In this document: positions 12,143-24,657 of the stretch, piece by piece
Layout of the letters: every line of letters begins with the position of its first letter
Position numbering within the stretch: the first letter of the stretch is position 1
NCBI GenBank assembly: GCA_052426225.1
Contig: JBNJNM010000019.1
Span: forward strand, 1 to 64,000
Source: Zancudomyces culisetae HAW-14-8
Lineage: Eukaryota > Fungi > Kickxellomycota
Length of the DNA stretch: 64,000 nucleotides
Direction of reading: 5' to 3'
Notes under the pieces: generated by a model
Told to the model about the DNA's origin: nothing
Databases searched by the model: none
The model's input: the letters and a program-made list of their open reading frames with translations, nothing else
Translations under genes and position numbers: made by a program

Positions 12143-13740
12143 TTAGAGCTTGTACCTGAAATCAGGGTGCTTATCATGAAGTAAAACCTGCTCATCCTCA
12201 GTTAAATGTGTGACATCAACTGGATGTGCATCCCTGTATTTGTTTTGGCGCCTATAATACAAACCTAATCCCAAAGCTGAGATGATTGCCGCAGCCTGAG
12301 AAAAAATAAATACCATATTACCAGCAAAAAACTTGGGAGCATACGATTTTGTGTATAGTACTGGTGCAATAATAGCTCCAATAACACCCATTCCCATCAC
12401 AATAGCCATCACCACTAGACGTTTTGCTGTACCTCCCAAGTTTACAGATCCCCACGTGACAATCAATGATGCATTTGCTACCCCACCAAATCCGGCAATG
12501 GTTAGTGATATTACTTTTGTAATACGGCCGCCAACAAATGCCAGAAATATAAAACCAAGCATATTTAAAGTGCAATTAACCGATATGAACGCAAAGTATG
12601 GTGCATGTTTAATTATTTTGACTCCAAGCAAAAGTACAATAAGTGCTGCAAATGGTGGAAGAGCAGACAAAACAAGCGATGCACCTTCAGAGTACCCGTT
12701 AGCATTTAAAATACTCGGTCCGAATATACCAATAACGCTGATGGGGTAACTTGAGGAAAAAGTCAGAATTGCGAGAGGTATGAGTCTGAAGTCATTTGCA
12801 TCATGAAAAAACTGCTTAAAGCTTACTTTTGCCTTTGTTGCAAGTCCATGACTCTCTCTGAGACGACGTAATATCAACACCCTTTCCTCTTCAGTCAAGA
12901 TTTTTGATGTTTCAGGTGTATCTAAGATTGTGAAGAAGGAGAATATTCCAACCAAAAGCGTGAGAATCCCCTCAAATAAGAATATCCTTCCATATTTAAA
13001 AATTGATTGAATCTATGTGATTAATAAGGCATTTATTGATGTATATGTTTGCCATTGCCACCACATAGGCTACAATTTGTATTTTAACAATAAAAAAAAG
13101 TTAGGTTTGGTGTAAAAAGACTTACGGGGATTTCACTCAGACCGTATGCAAGCGGTCCTCCGATCATACCAGTGATTGGTAAGGCAGCATAAAACAAAAA
13201 CATCCTTGGTGCAATTTCATCAATTGTATACCAAAAGGGAAGATATGTCACAACACCAGGTAGCAAACCAGCTTCCAGTGCACCCAAAACCAATCGGAGA
13301 GCAACAAAAGCCCATCCATTTTTGACAAAAGTGTGCAGCAGCGTGACTATAGACCAAGAAACCGAAATAAAGGCAAACCAGTAGTGTGGCTTTATTACTT
13401 TAACCATGTAGGTAGCTGGTAAATCAAAAACAAAAATTGCCACAGAAATTCCAACAACAGCAAGAGAAACTTGAGTATTAGTCATTTTAAGATCTTTTTG
13501 AAGCCCAACCACTAATGCTGACCCAATATTAGCTCTATCAATTGATGCTCCAAAGTACAAGAGTGTCACTGTGGGTATAATTAGTCTGTCAATTTTTCTC
13601 AGATATGCCTTTTTGATCTTTTCCTCCTCAGGAGTCAAGATTCGTTTAATATTTAGGTTTATCTTCTCATTCTTCTCCAACGACACCAGCTCGCCTTTTG
13701 CAATCGAGCTTTCCAAATCAGATATGCGTTTATCGATCAT
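12143..13740 (-). CDS. MFS transporter, allantoate-permease/ACS (Dal5/Tna1-like) family
   Basis: DRANIG, LRLVLGALEAG, WY, IFLFEG, C-terminal HPDFRY; intron(s) at ~12987-13125. Confidence 0.9.
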
Positions 13741-14956
13741 TTTTATTTGATAAACTCCTCAAAATAATATATGTCTTTAATCTTTATAAAAGTAACACTA
13801 GCAATGTGGATGCATTGGAATCGTCAGAACTTGGTATTTATATCTAGAATCAAAAGTATAACGACCAATAAACTTTTCGGTGTTTTAAAAATGTAGTATA
13901 TACACTTGGTTGATGATTTACTTTCCAAGTTGTTTGTGCGTCTTAACTAGCTTGTCACGTGTTATTAGCAGTAAACCTAACTAAAAAAAATCAAGGAGTA
14001 TGGCAAAAACTATCACAATGGCGATGTTTCATAAAAAGCCCGATAGTTTTGAGCTGAGAATTATTGATGTTTTGATTTTTCCTAGATATTTTACTAGGTT
14101 TTATATGTTTAATCAATCTATTCTGAATACAAACGTTAATTCTAGTGATGGGGGAAATATAGTTGGCAGTGAAGAGGAGCATGCAAAAGATTTGATGCGT
14201 CTGAGACCGCTAGTTTAGATCGAGGGGTTATGATACATGGGCTATTGATTTGGTAGATATTTCACTGATGGTTAAATTTCATTTAATAATTTTATAAGCG
14301 GAAAATACTTGTTCAGTAAATAAATACGGTCTTAGTTTTAGAAATGTACTAGAATTGATAATATGTCACATGAACTTTATTTTATCTCCATATTTTTTTT
14401 GTTTGTTGAGTAAATTAAAAAAATATCACATCAATAATAAACTCATTCAAAAAGAGTAAAAAAATTAAAAAAACCACACAAAACTACAGAGATAGAATCG
14501 AATATAGTGTTAATCTAACTAATTCCTCCTCGTCCCTCTACTGCTAGCAACTTCATGTTCACCTTATGTTGAATCAAGAATAAAAAATAGTTTATCGTAA
14601 AGAACGATGCGGTGGATTGATTGATTTATGAGACGTGTATGCTGTTTAAATCTGAAGTGCAGCCGCATGCATATTTTTTCTCAACTCGTAAATACCGCGT
14701 GTTACCTTGATTTTCATTAATTGTCGCTCATTCTCATTATCAGTATGCCATCCTATTCCTGATCAAACCATTCCAATATGACGAAATACAAAACACCTTA
14801 TTAGTGATGAAAAACAATATCCCTTTCACTATTATTAGCACATAGATTACCGACATAGTACCAATCAACCACACGTGTCAATCACAATTTCATGTTTATC
14901 TGCAGGAAAAATCTGATTATACATCAATACACAGATCAAAAAAGTTATTAAAAACT

Positions 14957-16020
14957 CTAAAACAGTAAAACCAATACCAATGATAAGAATATCACTAATA
15001 TGAATCCAGTGTTTTGTAAAGTAGTTGAGGTAGAATCCGGGCCACTAAAATTTCCATTGGTTAGTACACCAGTAATTGTTGAGTAATCAGGCGAGGGCCG
15101 AGCGGTTGTATTTAATAAGTACGGCCTTTCAAGCCCTGTGATATTTACAGTCCAGTCAATGTAGCTGTATACATGAGTATAATAATTCGTTTTAGTATCT
15201 TCCGGAAGAATAATTGCATCACTCCCAGATTTACCTGTATTACTCGCAACACCAACAAGTAAATTAGTTCCATTATTCATGTATTTCAAGGGGCTTCCAC
15301 TATCATCATACGCCGAACCTTTGCCATCCGTTACTAGTGTACAGACTAACTTTTTGTTGTTGTCAGGCCAGATGATATTAGCGTCTTTACAAACACTTGA
15401 AGAAGAAGGTGATTGTTTAGCTGTGTTTAGGTTGTTACTCGATATGCCTGACAGTCCAGCCAAAGTAAAACCCCAACCTGCTGTAACCAAATTCATATCA
15501 TCTGTTTCATTTCCACTGTATATCGCTACTGATGTGAAAATATCTTTTAATACTGGAGAATCTAATTCAATAATTGCAATGTCATTTTTCAATGACTCGG
15601 GAGAAAACTCAGGATTATAATATACTTTACGTGCTGAATAATGAATACCGCAACCATATTTTGTTGTTTCAATACCAATGAAAATATACAGTTGGTTAGG
15701 ATCTTGCTTTAATTTGCCTTTCTTGTCTAAAAGGCAACTAGCTGCAGCTACTGCTGTTTGGTTAGATATTAGTGAAACACTGCAGCCTCTGGAAGAAATC
15801 CCAATGTACACGTTCATTTTTCCAATATATGGAAAATCTTCTCTCTTTGCTGACTCCCCATTTAGGAATCTCGCATTTTTAATAACATTACCTGCTCCGT
15901 TCTGTGGAGCGATAGTATTTGAGTCTACATTATCAACTGAGATAGCATGTGCAATAGCAGTACTTCCGAGTATTAGAACTGCAATAGTGTGTTGAAAAGT
16001 GATTTCTTACTCAATTTCAT
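14957..16020 (-). pseudogene. Secreted trypsin-like (S1) protease homologue, catalytically degenerate; frameshift in the signal peptide
   Basis: R-FLNG activation-like site, AAASC in place of AAHC, DIAIIEL, GWG, DDSGSP in place of GDSGGP; hydrophobic C-tail; ATG at 16020 is one base out of frame. Confidence 0.65.
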
Positions 16021-16309
16021 TGCTTTTATTATTATACACTAGTTTTGTATTTGTCAATTTTTAAAGAACTAAGAACAAGTGAAATTAGATATTTAATGAA
16101 GAGGTTCGGTTTATATAGTATCTTGTACATAGTCACAATTGAAATCCATCTATAATTCACTGCTGATTAAAAACGGAAATAATAAACCTTGATGGAACAA
16201 TTAACACCAATGAATATTGTATTTCCATCATTATTTTCATGCAATAATAAAGTATTGGGCGCGTATTTTTCTTGGTAGTTTTAAGCAATGAAATCTCAAT
16301 TTTTAAAAA

Positions 16310-16750
16310 TTTTTTTTTTTTTGGTAGAAAATAAATTTATTTAGAAAATAAAAAGCTCCTAAAAATAAAAACAATCTATATTCTAAACTCATCCTATTCC
16401 CCTTCGACTCTCTAGAGTCTCCGTACCCGATGGGCATTGGTTCAAGGGGAGTGCGACTACACTAATGTCTTTCAACACTAGGTAGCGAGGTAAAAAGGTC
16501 TCGTTAAGAAACCGGGCTGTGGAAACCACTGCTCTAACGCAAGTGGCGTTTGGATCCCGAAGAATCCCAGGTAGTTTGAGCTTTAACTCCTCCCCCAGGA
16601 GTTTACCCACGATTTTCCTGCGAAGCTCAACACACTCGGAAATCGTGCTAGATAAAAAAGAACTATAAAAATCTATAAATTCAGTAAGTAAATCATTCCT
16701 AATTTCGTCCCATCTACTGCATTCTAATAAGTAATGCTCAACTGTTTCTT
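16310..16750 (-). mobile_element. 5'-truncated non-LTR retrotransposon (LINE) 3' end, copy A, with poly(A) tail
   Basis: Near-identical to the 3' part of copy B; ends in a poly(A) run (poly-T on +). Confidence 0.85.
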
Positions 16751-17586
16751 TTTTTTTTTTTTTTTTTTTTTTTCGGTAGAAAAAAAATTTATTTAGAAAA
16801 TAAACAGTTCCTAAAAAATAAAAACAATCTATATTCTAAACTCATCCTATTCCCCTTCGACTCTCTAGAGTCTCCGTACCCGATGGGCATTGGTTCAAGG
16901 GGAGTGGGACTACACTAATGTCTTTCAACACTAGGTAGCGAGGTAAAAAGGTCTCGTTAAGAAACCGGGCTGTGGAAACCACTGCTCTAACGCAAGTGGC
17001 GTTTGGATCCCGAAGAATCCCAGGTAGTTTGAGCTTTAACTCCTCCCCCAGGAGTTTACCCACGATTTTCCTGCGAAGCTCAACACACTCGGAAATCGTG
17101 CTAGATAAAAAAGAGCTATAAAAATCTATAAATTCAGTAAGTAAATCCTTCCTAATCTCGTCCCATCTGCTGCAATCTAGTAAGTAATGCTCAACTGTTT
17201 CTTTTTCTTCTTTCTTACAGAACGGACATTTGGCTTTGTAATCTGGATCTATGAAACCCGAATTTGCTAATCTCGTGGCGGTCCAAAATTGACCTATTCG
17301 AATTCGACCTACGAAAAGAATGTGTTTCATGTACTGTGGAAAAGCCGCTTGTAAGTCAACCCAATTCCTTTGTCGGCCTGCTCCAACTTCCTTTATCCAC
17401 TTTGTAATATTCGACTTGTCTTTCAGCCTGTTGTTTATCTCGAGTGTCTCTTTGGTTTTTCTTACCTCTCCGGTTGGTACATTATCAATCTTGATCCTGT
17501 TGAATCTGTTAGACCACCTTGTGTACCCTGTGACCCAAGTGTCCTTCGAGTGTTTGAAGGGGTTCTGTATTAAGTCTGCTATCCAT
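16751..17586 (-). mobile_element. 5'-truncated LINE 3' end, copy B, with poly(A) tail
   Basis: ORF with a zf-RVT-type CPFC..ETVEHYLLDC motif, a short 3'UTR and an A-run of over 20 nt. Confidence 0.85.
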
Positions 17587-17881
17587 GCATTAATAGTTTT
17601 TTCAACTTTTTTCTCATTATTCCTTGTACTAAGCAGGGTTTAGACACACTTATTTTGTTACACATAACTTTATATATATTTGAGATTTTAAAAGTTTAAG
17701 GAATGTTATATGATAAATAATAAATCCTATAAAATAACTGTAAAAGTAAAATATAGAGACAAGGTATCAAAGAAACAAATAACCATAAGTTAAGAAAACA
17801 TGTTTTAAAAAAACATTTTTAGAGGGGAGGTGAGGAGAAATAGGAACAAAGACAGAGTAGAATAAATCAAGAACTAAAGAC

Positions 17882-18763
17882 TTAACTCAAACTTGGGAAA
17901 GCACTGGTGTCGTTGACATTGAGGCCAGTTCCGCGTGGTCTTTGAGTGCGGGATCTTGGCTTCTCATCACGCTTTCCACCACGTCTTGGACGCTCAGGAG
18001 CAGCAAAGTGGGTTGGGAGTTCAAATGGAACCTTTTCGCGTTGTTGCTTTGAGGCTTTCTTTGCCTTTGATGAGGTCTTTGCGGCAAAGAAATCTTCTTC
18101 AGATCTAACAAGAACTGAAGATGCCTTCAATACCTTTGAGTCAATACCACCTTCGTTGGCCTTACGTACATCCTTTGACTCGACAAGTGGTGCTACAACC
18201 TTGGTTTGTTCTTTTCTGTATTCTTCAAGGGTCTTTGTAGTATCAACCTCAGCAGCAGGAACTTCTGCGACTTCTTGGTCAGCAGCGACATCCTTGGATT
18301 CTTCCTTTGCAAGGGCAGCGGCTTCTGATTGATCCTTGACAAGAGCACTGTCTTCACCAAGCCATCCAACCCTAGTCTTCTTCTCTGAATCTTCCAAACC
18401 GGTAGCTGAGTGACGGTCGAAAGGACGGCGAGAGCCTGCAGCTCCACCACGGCCACCACGACCACTCTTTCCTCTGAAACCACGGGAGTCACCACCTCTT
18501 GGTGCTGGTCTCTCAACACCTTCACGGACTGCTGGTCTAGCACGGTCTCCACCTCTATAGGCAGCATCTCTGTTTCCACCTTGTGGTCTTCTTTGACCAC
18601 CAGCTACAGACTTTGGAGCTTCTGGTGCAGCCTTTACTGGCTTGGTTTCTGTTGGCTTAGCCTTCTTGTCCTTGGAGGCCTTTACAGCGAAGTTAACTTC
18701 GGCATCCTGAACATCGTCCTGGAGAAGCTCGAAAGGGTTTCTTGTTGCGGTAGAGCTTGACAT
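17882..18763 (-). CDS. STM1: Stm1/SERBP1-family ribosome-hibernation RNA-binding protein
   Basis: N-terminal NPFELL, RGG-rich segment, FDRHS.TG, TLEEY, RKANEG, C-terminal AFPSL. Confidence 0.9.
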   Translation of the reverse strand: MSSSTATRNPFELLQDDVQDAEVNFAVKASKDKKAKPTETKPVKAAPEAPKSVAGGQRRPQGGNRDAAYRGGDRARPAVREGVERPAPRGGDSRGFRGKSGRGGRGGAAGSRRPFDRHSATGLEDSEKKTRVGWLGEDSALVKDQSEAAALAKEESKDVAADQEVAEVPAAEVDTTKTLEEYRKEQTKVVAPLVESKDVRKANEGGIDSKVLKASSVLVRSEEDFFAAKTSSKAKKASKQQREKVPFELPTHFAAPERPRRGGKRDEKPRSRTQRPRGTGLNVNDTSAFPSLS

Positions 18764-20576
18764 CTATTGTTATTTATATCTGATGGTTATTTCTTGATCA
18801 ATAATTACGTAATTCGATTTAGAATTTTTCGTACAAACCACGTGATACCAAACAACAAAATCAGACACCACTTAGGGCAAATAAACGTTCTTGTTCTTTT
18901 TACAAACATCAATCACTCCCACAACACAAATAAAACGAAATAGTATCAACTAGATGATACCTCTCTCAACACCCAATACATACACCCAATCCCACCCGAA
19001 AACCAAGGTATCTGATATAAACCGCCCCACTGATCTTCTATAGGAACACAAATACAACATCTTGAATCTACGCCTTTGACCAATCAACAGCAGTTTTCAG
19101 AGTACCTGTCCCGTGACACAAAGCACGTTGCTAGTGATCTCTCAGCAGTTATCCACACATATGAGCTCTCTATTCTCAAACTCACCGTTTCGGCTATTTT
19201 TCAAAAATATACAAAGGCATTTCTTTGGTTTTTTCCTCATCTAACCCACGCCTTGTACCTCTTTGTGTTTTTGGATGTCGAGTTTGTAAATAAAAAACCG
19301 AACCCATAACGTAGTGCAGTCGAGTAAACAACCTCTTCTAAATCACAATGCTATACTGTCGAAGATCATATACCTGCGCTTTATTGAGATGCAACGGTAT
19401 AGCTTAATCTCAAAATATATCCCCATTTTCTTGAAGAGTTGATTAATTACCGCCCTACGAATCCTCTTTTCTTTGTACTGTATATCCAATTTATCTTAAA
19501 ATTCAGCAAAAATATACACATACGTTGATGCACTTCAAGGTCAACCCATATTTTCGACGGGGCCTTTATTGTGTCTACAGTATCTTGTTTCCTCCGTTTC
19601 TTATGCACATTATTTCAGTCAAATAAAACACATACATCGTATTAAAAATCGCATTTACCTTTTAATATTCCTTTTTCCTCTAAAAGATTACTGAAAGATT
19701 CAATTTTCTGTTTTATCGTTTTATTTCGTTTTTTTTATTGCGCCGTTTTTACTCAATTATTTTCTCCTTTTGCCATTTTCCTTTTGATATTTTTAGTTTT
19801 TTTTATTCTCCATTGCGACAATTCTATCAAAACAAATAAAATCATCCGCAACAGATGACTGGCTAAAATGATGCATCGCTCTTTACTTTTTCTAATTACA
19901 TTTTAGTTTTGTGATAATATTATCAGCACTTTCCAACATTGGTGCTGTGACTTTTATTTTCATTCAATCAGCTGCGAAAATTTGTCTGAACTGAAATTCA
20001 TTTATCTATTTTGATTTGTCAGTTTCTTTATATTTCTTCCCCTCCTCATTTCAGCTCGAAAAATCCAAATTAACACAACCTCCAAAAAAAAATAATAATA
20101 AATGTTTAGCTCAGCTCAGCTATGCCAATTATCAATCTCCGCCTTTTCCAAAACAAACCTGCCACTTTGACATTTCAACTTTCATGTCTTTTTTTAGCCA
20201 CAATGCGTTTCAGCACCAGCACAAGTGCTAATTTCGAAAGTTAATAGGTTCATAGGGTATAATTTAGCAGACACGGTCTTCCCAAAAGTATGGCACTAGA
20301 AAATGTATTTACCACAAATAACCACTATTTTGCGCGTATACACGTTTCTATTTTCTTTCATTGTATTGCAGTATTCTTAGGCGAATAGCGAGGTATTTTT
20401 GATTCCTTCAAGTAATTGCATAAAATAGGTAAGACAGGATCTTATACACTTTGTAATTTTTTTTTTCACAGTTTTATCCTGTGTATCTGTAAAGATAATA
20501 TTCACAAACAGATAAACCTGTACACTTAGACCATTACTAAGTATAAAAATAATACCAACAATAGCTACCATCCAGA

Positions 20577-21368
20577 ATGCGGCCCACATTAGCGTTAAAC
20601 CTGCTTTGCTTGTTACTAGTCAACTCTATACATTTTTGCATAGCTGATTCGTTATACTCACGAGCAGATGTGGTCGAATTAACACCAAAAAACTTTGATT
20701 CTCTGGTCCACAAAAGCCCCTACCCCGTTGTCGTTGAATTCTACGCTCCATGGTGCGGACACTGCAAAAGCTTAGCTCCGATCTACAAAAGCGCTGCAAA
20801 ATCAGGTGCTTCGCATGTAAAACTATACGCCGTGAATTGCGACGACCAAAATAATCGATCCTTGTGCAGTAAATATGGTATTCAAGGATTTCCAACTCTA
20901 AAAGGCTTTTTCGCTTCAAACGATAATGAGGAAAAGATACCTATTGATTACAATGGTGCACGAGAATCGAAAGCAATTCTAGATTTTGCTCGTACATATC
21001 TCAAAAGCAAGGTGAAAAGATTCAAGATTGAAAAACCCCAGGATGTCCAGGAAAAAATAAAAAAGTTTCTGACGCTATCCAATGCCCCAAATGCCTTATT
21101 ATTTACTGATAAGAGCAGTATTCCAAACATGTGGAAGGGGCTATCAGTAGGGTATGGTGAAAGGTACATCTTTGGGGCAATCTTCTCACATCAAGAATCA
21201 CTTGTAAAGGAATTTGGCGTTACCAAATATCCAACAATCATGGTTATCAAAAATGGGGACACAATTGATAAAGCTATTAGATATGAGGATGAGATGGATT
21301 ACAGCTCAGTTGTGAAATTTTTGAAGAAGTATGCCCTCCCCAAACAAATCAAGAAAGAAGAGCTGTAG
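20577..21368 (+). CDS. Protein disulfide isomerase family (Mpd1/PDIA6-like)
   Basis: Signal peptide, FYAPWCGHCK, GFPT, C-terminal KEEL ER-retention signal. Confidence 0.92.
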   Translation: MRPTLALNLLCLLLVNSIHFCIADSLYSRADVVELTPKNFDSLVHKSPYPVVVEFYAPWCGHCKSLAPIYKSAAKSGASHVKLYAVNCDDQNNRSLCSKYGIQGFPTLKGFFASNDNEEKIPIDYNGARESKAILDFARTYLKSKVKRFKIEKPQDVQEKIKKFLTLSNAPNALLFTDKSSIPNMWKGLSVGYGERYIFGAIFSHQESLVKEFGVTKYPTIMVIKNGDTIDKAIRYEDEMDYSSVVKFLKKYALPKQIKKEEL

Positions 21369-22161
21369 CTATAACACACGCTTTTAACATATCACTACTT
21401 TTTTTTTTGCGTCTCAAGTCTTTTTTATTTTTACAAGTCCCTGTTTTCGAGTGGAATAAAAAAAAGTTGTTGACAAGACGCGGTTGCTTCAATAGCTGCT
21501 GGTCTCACTATTACTTTAGCCGAAAGCACTATTTATCACAGTTACTTTGAACCTAAGTGAACTCGGTTCAGGTTCGGGTTCAGTTTCAAACTTTGGCTTT
21601 GGTTTTGTTAGTACTTAATGACTCTACCCTGCTACTAAGAACTAGGTGAATACTTTTCCTTTTAGTGTGTACTACAAAAAAAACCTCCAGTTATCGACTT
21701 AACCTAGCACAACCGATCCTCTTTTCTTTCTATAACCCCTAAACAACCAAGTAGATACTTGTTTTTTATCATTTGTGTTCAGCTAATTTTTCTCGAGTTC
21801 AAATTTATATAGGCGGTTTTTGGCAATGTTATACGAAAAGAAAAATAAAGCCAATTTTATCCACAAATGACTAGAAGCAGAAAAACTTCATTCCCGCCAT
21901 AAAACTTACAAATTAAGCAATATTATATGTCTTTCAAAATTAAAAATAGTTTACTTAATATTCTATACTATTTTGGCTCCTCAATCTTTTTGTGGAAAAC
22001 AAAGCTGAAATAACACTAAGCAGACGTAGAGGTAAGATGAGAAGCTGAAAACTCTCAACCTATTATTCTTGACTAAATGTTTGTAAATTCTTAATCCGTT
22101 AAAACAGGTTGGTTTGAATCACTTACAAATAGAAAGGAAACCAAAAACGTCGGTAACGAAA

Positions 22162-23555
22162 ATGGGGGACAGAAGCGTAATTGTGGTTGACAATGGCACT
22201 GGTGTACGTAAAAGTCGTTATTTGACTACTATGTTGAAATTTTTATTATTCTTCAGAAATTAAAGAAATAATGTAAAAACATACTAAATAGTTTGCAAAA
22301 GTCGGATATGCGGGTTCTAATTTTCCAGAGCATGTATTTCCATCTGTTGTGGGAAGGCCCATGTTGCGGGCAGAAGAAGCTAACAATGCAGCCGACTTAC
22401 CCTTAGAAGTTAAAGACATTAATATCGGCAACGAGGCAGCGGCTTTGAGATCAGTATTGTCAATGTCCTACCCATTGGAAAACGGAATTATAAAAAATTG
22501 GGAGGATATGAGACACGTCTGGAACTATACGTTTTATGAAAAACTCAAAATAGATCCCAGAGAAACAAAAATATTGTTGACGGAGGCTCCATTGAATCCA
22601 CGCTCTAACAGGGAAAAGATGGTAGAGGTGATGTTTGAGGAATATGGCTTTGAAAGCGTCTATGTAGCTATCCAAGCCGTCCTTACTTTGTACGCACAAG
22701 GTATGGCATTTTTAATCAAATCTTGTTTTTTTTTTAATGATTTTAATATAGTCACAGAGGGGTATCTTGGGAAATAATAGTGATAAAATCTATTATCAAT
22801 AATCCAACAAAATAGGTCTTTTGACAGGTGTTGTGATAGACTCAGGCGATGGTGTTACTCATATCATTCCGGTTTATCAGGGTTACTCTCTGCCACATCT
22901 AACTAGACGATTGGATGTTGCGGGTAGACATGTTACACACTATCTTATCAAATTGCTGCAAGCGCGTGGATATGCTTTCAATCGTACCGCTGATTTTGAA
23001 ACTGTACGGCAAATCAAAGAAAAGACATGTTACGTTAGCTTTGACCTGGAATTGGACAGAAAGCTGGCCACAGAAACAACTACATTGGTAAAGTCATACA
23101 CTTTGCCCGATGGTAGGGTTATCAAAATATCCTCAGAAAGATTCCAGGCACCTGAATGTCTATTCCAGCCAGAACTGATAAACGTTGAATCTCCTGGTGT
23201 TGCTGAAATGCTGCTTAATGTTGTTCAAGAGGCATCAATCGACATCAGAGCCGATTTATACAAACATGTAGTCCTTTCCGGGGGAAGTTCAATGTATGCC
23301 GGATTCCCCAGCAGACTTGAAAAAGAAGTTAAACAGCTTTATCTGGAAAGAGTGTTGAATGGGAATGTCGAGCGGCTTGACAAGTTCAAATTGCAGATTG
23401 ACGATCCTCCAAACAGAAAGCATATGGTGTTTTTGGGAGGTGCCGTTCTTGCTGATGTAATGAAAAACAATGAAAGTGCCTGGATTACCAGAGCTGAATG
23501 GGAAGAGATGGGGGTTAAGTCTCTTGAAAAGATCTCTTATGCTGGGATGTTATAA
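22162..23555 (+). CDS. ARP2: Actin-related protein 2; exons 22162-22203, 22292-22700, 22816-23555
   Basis: VVDNGTG|[49 protein letters not shown]. Confidence 0.96.
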
Positions 23556-24657
23556 ATTTCACTCCATTTTTTTATCTTGCTGTTTTTTTTTTAACATGCA
23601 TCTGTGTTTGTTTCAAGCGACGACTATGCCTAGTTTTATTACATTATTATACCATTCTATTACTAAAGATACGATTTTTGCTATATTTTGTCTACGCTTT
23701 CTTCAAAAGCTATCAGTGGTCAATACAAATATAACTCTTCGGAGTTTTTATTATCAGTTATAACATTTTCAATTATTTCTAGAAATAAAGTCGTTAATAA
23801 GCTGGTGGCATAAGCTTTGAATCAAATATTTTGTTTGTTTTATATACGGTTACTCTTTGATGAGAAAGGGAGCTGTAAATAAACTATCAGGCTTCTAGCT
23901 CCTAAACTCACCCTCCCGCCCCCCTCCCCCCTCCCCACAAATTAAGATTGGTGGTAGGGCGAGGTTGGATGTCGAGTATATCGTTTTCTTTACAGTATAG
24001 ACGCCATACTATAATGTTAAATGCGGGTGGATGATGATAAAGGCCAGATACAGGGCTTTGCTGGGAAAGCGATGAAGCCAATAAATTCTCAGATCACCAT
24101 GCACACATTCATTAGAGAGCTCAAATTTTTTACTTTTCTTTTTTTTAAAAAAAAGATAGTACTGGATTGTACTAGGGGAAAAGCAGGCTAAACAATAAAA
24201 GAGACATTCCGCGGGATGAACTTTGCAATTGGTGTTTATTTCATTCTGATTGATGTCGGGTGCATTTTCCTCAATTCATGTAAATCATTCTGCAGATAGA
24301 ATAGTAATTAATTGCTATATTTTAGTTACTAATTGGTAAATTAGGCGTAGAAAAGACCAAACAAATTTGCATATTATATTAAAGTGTCGTTTTAGACAAA
24401 AAAAGGAAATCAATGGTATTACAAAGAATGCAGCAAGATATTTGCAGATCCTGCTGAAGGCAAAAGAAAGAAAAAAGTACATTAAGTGTCGGCTTGTGAG
24501 TTCATGGTATTTTTTTTGATTCATTTATAAACAACTCGAGTATCATGTGTTCCGTATGAAAAAATTAAATATACAATTTACATTTCGTTACCAGAACACT
24601 TTATTACGTATTACTCTACTTTAGTGTAAAGCAGTATAAGTATCAGTAGATGAAAAA

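Noticed and set aside
14180-14240. Possible TPP riboswitch upstream of the MFS transporter (CTGAGA)
   Set aside because: The remaining aptamer consensus is absent.
18861-18920. C/D snoRNA candidate (GTGATTGA...CTGA on - strand)
   Set aside because: Box C is imperfect and the rRNA complementarity is short and overlaps box D; kept only as part of the STM1 intron finding.
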